Of a stretch of DNA of 64,000 bases, positions 57,235-64,000 are shown piece after piece; position 1 is the first letter of the stretch, and each line of letters begins with the position of its first letter. Position numbers and translations under genes: made by a program. The notes below the pieces were generated by a model. The model was not told the DNA's origin. It was given only the letters and a program-made list of their open reading frames with translations, and ran no database searches. The DNA comes from an uncultured Acidimicrobiaceae bacterium (lineage in GTDB: Bacteria > Actinomycetota > Acidimicrobiia > Spongiisociales > UBA5794), in the NCBI GenBank assembly GCA_947259365.1, contig CAMYMC010000026.1:75162-139161 (forward strand), given 5' to 3'.

Positions 57235-57556
57235 ATCTTGTGAAGGACGGTACGAGTGAGACGACCGGTCAACTAGGGCCGAACGGCCCTGGGGGCAGAG
57301 AAGACTGTCGGGCTTCTTACAGTCCTTGACCGTCTGTGCGACGACGTACCGGACGGTGACTGGCCCGGGTCTCCGATCAGCTGTCCTGTGATCCCGACCT
57401 CGCCCTCCGCCCGATTCGACACCACGCCCTACGCCCGAGTGATCCTCGATGCACGGCTCCGGACGATGCGAGCAGCCCGACGAGCCGGGTCCCGTGTGGC
57501 AGACCCGGCGAGGCCGTCCTCCCCGCGACGGGAGCCAGTCCCCAGCGCCGGACCCT

Positions 57557-58508
57557 TCAGGCGAGGTTGCGAGGCGCAAACGACATCGACTTCGGGAAGT
57601 CGGTGGCGCCCAACCGGACCACCCGAGCGCGTCCGAACTTGAACGGCTGCCGCGGATTGATCGGCGTGCTGGCCGCGTCAGCCGTCACGACGGCATTCGC
57701 CGGCGAGCGCGGGTAGTGGAAGTTCACGAACACCGTCCCCGGTTGGACCTGATCGGTCACATACGCCACCGCAGTGATCGCACCCGAAGACGTCCCCTGA
57801 TCGGCGGTGCGCACGCGGTCGGACTCGATGCCCATGAGATCGCCGCTGGCCTGCATCCTCGCGGCGTCGTCGGGATGGATCTCGACGATGTTCGTCGGCC
57901 AGCGGGCGATGATCTCCGGCTTGCGCTTGTCGTCGAAGAGACTCTGCCAGACCTCGTTGAGCCTCCGGCTGAGCACCCAGAACTCATCCGAGTTGGGCCC
58001 GAGCAGCTCGTTCCTGGCTGCGATGGCGGCGTAGTCGGTGAACACGAAGTTCGACTTGCCGTTGGTCGTCTTGAAGCCGAGATCGGCGTGCATCCGCACG
58101 GTGCCCACCAACTCGTCGCCCTCCACCGCGATCGGTGTCTGGATTCCGCTCGTGCCCATGCTGCGCAGCACCTCGTGGGCGCGTTCTCCATCTGCCAGTG
58201 CCTTCTCCACGAGTTTGCTGTAGTCCTTCCGGCCCGAGGCGCGGGGCCCCGACTCCTCAAGAAGCGCATTCGAGTCGGCCCACGCGAAGCCGTCGAACCC
58301 CATTCGCTGCGCCACTTGTGACACGGCCCACCAATCGGGCCTGGACTCACCCGGCGGGTCCATGATCCTGCCGTACGACCGGAGCCGGCGCTCGGCGTTG
58401 TTGCGGGTGAAGTCCTCCTCGCCCCACGTCGCCGCCGGCAGCACGAATCGGCGAACTCGGGCCCGTCGCCACTCCCCACGCCAGGAATTCTCGCCTGCTC
58501 ATCGGCAT
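57557..58508 (-). pseudogene. internally deleted AioA/IdrA-like DMSO-reductase-family molybdoenzyme locus
   Basis: RBS plus MPMSRREFLAWG Tat-like start joined out of frame to EFAD-/-VLPAATWGEEDFTRNNAERRLR...PDWW...EIHPDDA...FKFGRARV; only the C-terminal ~295 aa remain. Confidence 0.72.
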
Positions 58509-58627
58509 CGGTGCCCACCTCCATCGCCGTCTCGCCAGGCTACGTCGAAGACCCAGCTCGAGATCGGGTGGAGGTGAGTACGAACGGGGCACCGGTCAAC
58601 TCGGGACTCGACCTGGACCCGTCGGGA

Positions 58628-59767
58628 TCAGCCGCCGCCGAGCGCCTGCTCGAGATCGGCAACGAGGTCACCGGCGGCCTCGATCCCGACCGAGAGCCGG
58701 AGCAGGTTCGGCGCCACGCCCCTCTCGATGGCGTATCGGTGCTCGATGAGGCTCTCCACCCCGCCCAGCGACGTCGCCGGCACGAAGACCCGGGTTCGCG
58801 TCGCGACGCGTCGCGCCGACGCCTCTCCGCCGGCGACGAGGATCGACAGCATGCCCCCGAACCCGCCGGTCATCTGCCGGGCGGCGACCTCGTGGCCAGG
58901 ATGCGACTCCAGACCCGGGTAGAGCACCGCCTCGACGGCCGCGTGGCGCTCGAGGTGCCGGGCGACGGCGAGCGCCGTCTCCGACGCCCGCTCGTACCTC
59001 AGATGCAGGGTGCGCATGCCCCGCAGCAGCAGCCACGCCTCGAACGGGCCGAGCACGCCTCCCGTGAGATGTCGCACCGCCGTCGCCTCGTCCCAGCGCG
59101 TGCCGGGCGTCGCGGTGACGAGGATCCCGGCCCCGACGTCGGAGTGACCGTTGTAGTACTTCGTCGCGGAGTGGAACACGAGATCGGCGCCGAGTTGGAG
59201 CGGACGGGTCGTGACCGGAGGCGCCACCGTCGAGTCGACGGCGAGGACGGCCCCGGCCTCGTGCGCCGCCCGGGCGGCCGCGGCGATGTCGACGACGTCC
59301 CACGTCGGGTTGACGGGCGTCTCGATCCACACGAGATCCGTCTCGCCCTCCCGCACCGCAGATCTCACACCGTCGGGATCCGTCGGGTCGAAGAGGGTGA
59401 GCCCGACGCCGCGGGTCTCCGCGAGGCGGCGGAGCAACGCCAGCGTCCCGTGATACATGACCTCCGGCGCCACGATGCCCCGGCCGGCGGGCACCGTCTC
59501 GAACAGCGCGGCCGCGGCGGCGAGACCCGAGCCGAAGGCGAGTGCGGCCGCGCCGCCGTCGAGGCGACGGGCCACGCCCTCGACGAGCGCGACATTCGGG
59601 CTCGAGTCCCTGATGTAGAGGTAGTCACCGACCGGCTCGTAGTCCGAGTCCCTGGCGAAGGTCGTCGACGGGTGGATCGGCGGTACGACGGCGCCGGTCT
59701 CGCGGTCGGTGAAGCCTCCGGCGTGGGCGAGCTCGGTCTCGATGGAGCGGTCGGTCTGGTCCTTCAC
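58628..59767 (-). CDS. Cys/Met metabolism PLP enzyme (cystathionine gamma-synthase/lyase family)
   Basis: VPPIHPSTTF, IETPVNP, VDST, HSATKYYNGHSD, SLGGVESLIEH, RLSVGIE. Confidence 0.92.
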   Translation of the reverse strand: MKDQTDRSIETELAHAGGFTDRETGAVVPPIHPSTTFARDSDYEPVGDYLYIRDSSPNVALVEGVARRLDGGAAALAFGSGLAAAAALFETVPAGRGIVAPEVMYHGTLALLRRLAETRGVGLTLFDPTDPDGVRSAVREGETDLVWIETPVNPTWDVVDIAAAARAAHEAGAVLAVDSTVAPPVTTRPLQLGADLVFHSATKYYNGHSDVGAGILVTATPGTRWDEATAVRHLTGGVLGPFEAWLLLRGMRTLHLRYERASETALAVARHLERHAAVEAVLYPGLESHPGHEVAARQMTGGFGGMLSILVAGGEASARRVATRTRVFVPATSLGGVESLIEHRYAIERGVAPNLLRLSVGIEAAGDLVADLEQALGGG

Positions 59768-59820
59768 GGCCGGAGAGTGTAGAGAGGTGCCGGCGGCCTG
59801 CCCCGGCGGAGCCGCTGCGG

Positions 59821-60585
59821 TCAAGGTGCCGCAGGCTCGCCGTGATGGGGCACGGTGAGGACGCGTTCGATCCGGTCGTGACCGGCGAGCAGCTCCGAGA
59901 TCCGGGCCGCGGCATCGCCCGTGTCGCCAGGGCCCACCTTGGTGAGCGCCACGACGGCGCGAGCTCGCGTCGAGATGCCCTTGAGACCCCCGTCGGGATG
60001 ACCGAGCACGGTGGCGCAGTCGACCGGCCGGACCCGATCGGTGACGGCGGCCCCGACGAGCGCCGCATAGCGGTCGGGCCGGAGCGCGGCGTCCTCGATG
60101 GTCCGACCGACCGCATCGATGCCCATGACGATCACCACGATCGTCGAGTATCGGGGGATGACCGGCTCATAGTCGGCCGGTGCCTTTGTCGGCCTCCGCC
60201 TCGCCCCGTCGGCCTCGACGATCACATACTCGGCGCCCGAGTCCCGATAGACGGCGTCGACGAGGTCCGGAGCCGGCCCGATGACGCGGTGACGGTCCTT
60301 GCGGGCGACGGCCATCACCGGTCCGGCCCCGTCGAGCGCGGCGGCGACATCGCCGACGGCCGCCGGGCCGCCGAGCCAGCACACCCGCGGCACCTCCTCG
60401 AGCTGGTTCGACCCGAGCTTCGTCGTCGTCGTCAGCACCACCTTCTTCCCGGCGGTGGCGAGGACGCGGCCGGCGCCGAGGAGCAGGGTCGACTTGCCGC
60501 CGCCGCCGACGAGCGAGATGAGCTCGTGCTCGCCGAGCTCGAGCCGGTCGAGGAATCCGGTGATCACGCCGTCGAGTTCAGCCAC
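59821..60585 (-). CDS. yqeC: selenium-dependent molybdenum hydroxylase accessory protein YqeC
   Basis: VGGGGKST, TTTTK, VEADGARRRPTKAPADYEPVIP. Confidence 0.9.
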   Translation of the reverse strand: MAELDGVITGFLDRLELGEHELISLVGGGGKSTLLLGAGRVLATAGKKVVLTTTTKLGSNQLEEVPRVCWLGGPAAVGDVAAALDGAGPVMAVARKDRHRVIGPAPDLVDAVYRDSGAEYVIVEADGARRRPTKAPADYEPVIPRYSTIVVIVMGIDAVGRTIEDAALRPDRYAALVGAAVTDRVRPVDCATVLGHPDGGLKGISTRARAVVALTKVGPGDTGDAAARISELLAGHDRIERVLTVPHHGEPAAP

Positions 60586-61370
60586 GCGAGCACCGCCTCG
60601 AGCACGCCTCCACCGACCGCTAGCGACTTGTCGGACACGCTGAAACAGGACCGGCGGTCCCCCCTGGGGTCGATGTCGCCCAGCTTGAGCCCGGCGACGG
60701 CATCGTGACCTGCGGCGATGAGGCCGCGGACGACGCCGCCGGTCCCGGCGACGACGGGATCCGTCCCGACCCGGCCGAGCAGATCACCCTCGGCGACGGT
60801 GTCCCCGATGGCGACGACCCATTCGACCCGCCCTCCGGCCGGCGCCCGCACCACCCGGTGGGCCGCCTCACCACCGACGTGACCCGGGATGCCGGTATCG
60901 GCAGCCGCCGCACCCGACCAGATCACCCGGCCGAGGTCGTGACCTCGTTTCGTCTCCACGACGGCGTGGCAGTCGACCCCTGCCGTGAATCCGGGACCGA
61001 GCCCGACGACGAACGGCGCGTCGTCGATCGACGTGTCGATGTTCCGCTTGGCGAGCCGGGCATCGACGACGACCGACACGGGCGACGGGAACGCCGGCAG
61101 GGCCGGCGCCACGAGCACCGGCACCGCGGCGCGGCCGGCGGCCACCTCCGACGCCTCGGCTGCGGTCGCCACGAGGCGCGCTCCGACGCCATCGACCTCG
61201 ACGGCCCCGTCGAGCACCGCCGACGACAGCGCCGCCGCCCGGCGGACGGTCAGCGGGCGAGCGAGCTCGACCACGACGACGGGGAACCCGGCGCGCCGCA
61301 TCCGGACCACGACCCCGGTGCCGAGATCACCCCCGCCACGGACGACGACGAGGTGCGTGGCGAACAACAT
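60564..61370 (-). CDS. yqeB: selenium-dependent molybdenum cofactor protein YqeB
   Basis: VRGGGDLGTG, DARLAKRN, GLGPGF, ETKRGHDLG, KLGDIDPR, SDKSLAVGGGVLEA. Confidence 0.92.
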   Translation of the reverse strand: MLFATHLVVVRGGGDLGTGVVVRMRRAGFPVVVVELARPLTVRRAAALSSAVLDGAVEVDGVGARLVATAAEASEVAAGRAAVPVLVAPALPAFPSPVSVVVDARLAKRNIDTSIDDAPFVVGLGPGFTAGVDCHAVVETKRGHDLGRVIWSGAAAADTGIPGHVGGEAAHRVVRAPAGGRVEWVVAIGDTVAEGDLLGRVGTDPVVAGTGGVVRGLIAAGHDAVAGLKLGDIDPRGDRRSCFSVSDKSLAVGGGVLEAVLAWLNSTA

Positions 61371-61377
61371 CGGGGTC

Positions 61378-62181
61378 TCAGCCTGCTGCGTCGGTCGCCG
61401 CCAGGCGATTCACCCTGATGATCTCGGACAGGATCGAGACAGCGATCTCTTCGAGCGTCTCGGCGTGGAGCTCGATGCCGATCGGGGCGTGGACCCGCTC
61501 GAGCGCGTGGTCGTCGAGCCCGCCGTCGACGAGGAGCTTGCGGGCCGTCCTCCACCGCGTCGTGCTCCCCATGACACCCACGTACCGCGCCGGGGTTGCC
61601 AGCGCCGGCCGAAGCGCCTCGACGTCGATGTCGACGTTGCGGGTCACGAGCACGATCGACGCGTCTTCGGATGGCGGGTGCTGAGTGAGGGCGTCGCCGA
61701 GGGTGCCGGCCACGCGGATGTCGGCGCCGGGGACGGCCTCCTCGCTCACGTTCTCGGGCCGGTCGTCGATCGCGATCGTCCGGTAGCCGAGCCAGTGGGC
61801 GAGGTCGACGACGGTCCGGCCGACGTGGCCGCACCCGACGACGTAGATGGTGTGTGCCGGCATGTAGGGCTCCAGATAGATCTGCACTTCTCCTCCGCAG
61901 ACCCCCGGGTCTCCCCGCTCCGGGTCCACGAGCTGATAGTCCAGCAGACGGGGACGTCCCGTCTCGAGCACTTCTCCCGCCTCGTCGAGGACGCGGCGCT
62001 CCATCGCGCCCCCACCGATCGTGCCGAGCTGGCGATCCCCGGCGAAGACGAGCATCTTCGTCCCCGCCCGGCGGGGTGCGGACCGCTTCGTGGCGACGAC
62101 GGTCGCCAACACCACCGGGGTCCGCTCGGCGATGGCCCCGCTCAGCGCTTCGAGGACGCGCCGGTCCTCGGCAGCGGTCAT
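61378..62181 (-). CDS. xdhC: XdhC/CoxI family molybdenum hydroxylase maturation factor
   Basis: SAPRRAGTKM, GTIGGG, CGG, GCGHVG, YVGVMGS, APIGI...EIAVSI. Confidence 0.92.
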   Translation of the reverse strand: MTAAEDRRVLEALSGAIAERTPVVLATVVATKRSAPRRAGTKMLVFAGDRQLGTIGGGAMERRVLDEAGEVLETGRPRLLDYQLVDPERGDPGVCGGEVQIYLEPYMPAHTIYVVGCGHVGRTVVDLAHWLGYRTIAIDDRPENVSEEAVPGADIRVAGTLGDALTQHPPSEDASIVLVTRNVDIDVEALRPALATPARYVGVMGSTTRWRTARKLLVDGGLDDHALERVHAPIGIELHAETLEEIAVSILSEIIRVNRLAATDAAG

Positions 62182-62369
62182 CCAGGACCGTCCCGGCACG
62201 GTTTCGGGCGCGGCGGGGATGCCTCTGTGCCCGGCGCCCGTTTGTTCCTCGTGTCGTGCATCGTGATGACCCTGCCGCATCGCGGCGCGCCTCATCCTCG
62301 CACACGGCCGCCACGACATCGGCGACGGGACCGGCCCGCCGACCGGGCGCGTGGCTAGCGTCGACCGTC

Positions 62370-63221
62370 ATGAGAAGGTTGCTGCGTTCGGCATGCGCCA
62401 TCGGGTTGGCGGCGTCGGCGTGCGGGCCTGCGTCGCCGGTGGACACGGCGCCGACCGCGTCCGGGACGGTGCCGCCCACCGGAGGCGAGCGCGCCACCGT
62501 CGTCGACGTCGTCGACGGCGATTCGCTCGTCGTCGACCTCGACGGGCGCCGGGAAGAGGTCAGGCTGGTCGGGATCAATGCTCCCGAGCGGGACGAGTGT
62601 CGCGCCGGCGAGGCGCTGGCCGCGCTCGAGGGTCTCGTCGGGAACGCCGACATCGATCTCGTGACGGCGCCCCCCCAAGACCGCGACCGGTTCGGGCGGC
62701 TCCTCCGCTACGTCGTCGCCCCCGGTGCCATACCGGTGAATCTCCTCCTCGTCACCGACGGCAACGCCCTCGCCCTCCACGATGATCACCCTGAGCGCGC
62801 CGCCTTCGCCACGGCCGACGAAGGGGCCTATGAGGGCGGTAACGGCATGTGGGCGCGAGACGCATGCGGGTCACCCGGCCCCCCGACGATCGCGATCGCC
62901 GACCTCGTCTACGACGCACCGGGACCCGACGCCGAGAACCCGTCGGGCGAGTCGGTCACGATCGGCAACAGCGGCGATGTGCCGGTCGATCTCTCCGGGT
63001 GGATGCTGCGGGACGCCAGCTCCGTGCACCGGTTCCGGTTTCCCGACGGGCTCGTCGTCGGCCCGGGGTCGGCGGTGCGGGTCGTCTCGGGGTGCGAGGC
63101 CGCGAATGCGGGAGACCTCACATGGTGCGCGGACGGCGCGGTGTGGTCGAACGCCGGAGACACCGCCATCCTCCAGACGCCCGAGGGATCGGTCGTCGAC
63201 CGGCTGCGCTACGGCGGCTGA
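62370..63221 (+). CDS. thermonuclease (SNase) + lamin-tail domain lipoprotein
   Basis: Lipobox ASAC, VVDGDS, VRLVGINAPE, DRFGRLLRYV; C-terminal VDLSGWMLRD...VWSNAGDT lamin-tail pattern. Confidence 0.88.
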   Translation: MRRLLRSACAIGLAASACGPASPVDTAPTASGTVPPTGGERATVVDVVDGDSLVVDLDGRREEVRLVGINAPERDECRAGEALAALEGLVGNADIDLVTAPPQDRDRFGRLLRYVVAPGAIPVNLLLVTDGNALALHDDHPERAAFATADEGAYEGGNGMWARDACGSPGPPTIAIADLVYDAPGPDAENPSGESVTIGNSGDVPVDLSGWMLRDASSVHRFRFPDGLVVGPGSAVRVVSGCEAANAGDLTWCADGAVWSNAGDTAILQTPEGSVVDRLRYGG

Positions 63222-63229
63222 GACCGGGC

Positions 63230-64000
63230 TCAGAGCCGCCGAGCCACCGTCTTCATCTCCATGAAGAGCCGCAGGTAATCGGGGCCTCCCGCCTTCGCGT
63301 TCGAGCCCGACATGTCGAACCCGCCGAACGGCTGGATGCCGACGAGGGCGCCGGTGATCTTCCTGTTGATGTACAGGTTCCCGACGTGGAACTCGGCCCG
63401 GGCTCGCTCGATCCTCGCCTCGTCACGGCTGTAGAGACCGCCGGTGAGGCCGTACTCCGTCCCGTTGGCGACGGCGAGGCCCTCCTCGAAGTCGGCAACC
63501 CGGATCACCGACAGGACGGGACCGAAGATCTCGTGCTGGGCGAGCCGGGCGTCGGGTGTCACGTCGACGAAGACGGTCGGCTCGAGGTAGTAGCCGCCGT
63601 CGCGGTCGACGGCACTCCCGCCGAGGACGAGCTTCGCTTCGGAGCGACCCCGGTCGATCTCCTCGAGGATCGAACGGTGCTGGGCGGCGGTGATGACCGG
63701 CCCCATCGCGTGGTTCTCGGTGCCCGGGCCCAGGCCGAGGGCGGCGGCGGCCGCGACGACCCGCTCCACGAGCTCGTCGTGGACGGCGTCGACGGCGATG
63801 AGCCGGGAGCATGCCGAGCACTTCTGGCCCTGGAACCCGTAGGCGCTGCGGACGACGCCATCGGTCGCGGCCTCGAGATCGGCCGTCTCGTCGACGAGGA
63901 TCGCGTCCTTGCCCCCCATCTCCATGTAGGCACGCTTGAGCCAGCGCTGGCCGGGCTGGACCTTGGCGGCGCGCTCCGCGATGCGCAGCCCCACCTCCTT
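63230..64000 (-). CDS. pruA: L-glutamate gamma-semialdehyde (P5C) dehydrogenase, 5'-truncated by window edge
   Basis: EMGGKDA, FQGQKCSACSR, EIFGPV, GNLYINRKITGALVG, KAGGPDYL. Confidence 0.9.
   Translation of the reverse strand, partial: KEVGLRIAERAAKVQPGQRWLKRAYMEMGGKDAILVDETADLEAATDGVVRSAYGFQGQKCSACSRLIAVDAVHDELVERVVAAAAALGLGPGTENHAMGPVITAAQHRSILEEIDRGRSEAKLVLGGSAVDRDGGYYLEPTVFVDVTPDARLAQHEIFGPVLSVIRVADFEEGLAVANGTEYGLTGGLYSRDEARIERARAEFHVGNLYINRKITGALVGIQPFGGFDMSGSNAKAGGPDYLRLFMEMKTVARRL

Noticed and set aside
57557..58444. Functional arsenite oxidase or iodate reductase
   Set aside because: Only the C-terminal third is present, with a frameshift at the junction and no Rieske subunit
58628..62181. 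Selenocysteine (UGA) readthrough near the selenium genes
   Set aside because: The ORFs look full-length at their stops and no in-frame UGA at a Cys-equivalent position was noticed
394..63933. Many long overlapping ORFs (e.g. 2381..5008, 11295..13526, 24457..26316, 29468..32026, 32779..34959)
   Set aside because: Arg/Pro/Ala/Ser-rich shadow frames of real genes, expected in high-GC DNA; no family motifs
1..64000. CRISPR array, tRNA, rRNA, integrase or transposase
   Set aside because: No regularly spaced repeats, RNA-gene signatures or recombinase motifs were recognised; the RecB-like nuclease at 1-472 has no cas context, so it is not called Cas4

Overview
High-GC (visually about 70%) bacterial chromosomal segment. 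Gene content (AdnAB, F420-type LLM enzyme, RamB/PrpR-type regulator, many leaderless-type starts) points to an Actinomycetota genome, probably Acidimicrobiia-like (inference). About 58 genes; no rRNA, tRNA, CRISPR array or intact mobile element seen. Main blocks in order: RecB-family nuclease, glutamate dehydrogenase, DUF488 and AdnAB; a K+/H+ antiporter operon containing an FlgM-like micro-ORF; a reductive pyrimidine catabolism cluster with an LLM oxidoreductase where a dihydropyrimidine dehydrogenase would be expected; ABC-2 exporter and agmatinase; a nurA-herA-sbcD-sbcC operon; galE, nucleoside hydrolase, ribokinase and MFS genes; LysR with a divergent 55-aa ORF missed by the ORF track; the glyoxylate shunt (aceB-aceA) with its regulator; a patch of gene remnants; DUF1800-DUF1501. 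The best candidate for an undescribed system is a 7-gene minus-strand operon (50276-57022). It encodes a His-rich beta-propeller lipoprotein, a monoheme cytochrome c lipoprotein, two YtkA/CopCD-like proteins, a CcdA fusion, a NemR-like TetR and an FN3-discoidin protein, and is preceded by a perfect Rex box. It lies next to an internally deleted AioA/IdrA-like molybdoenzyme pseudogene and xdhC-yqeB-yqeC selenium-molybdenum cofactor genes. All family assignments come from motif recognition by eye, not from database searches.
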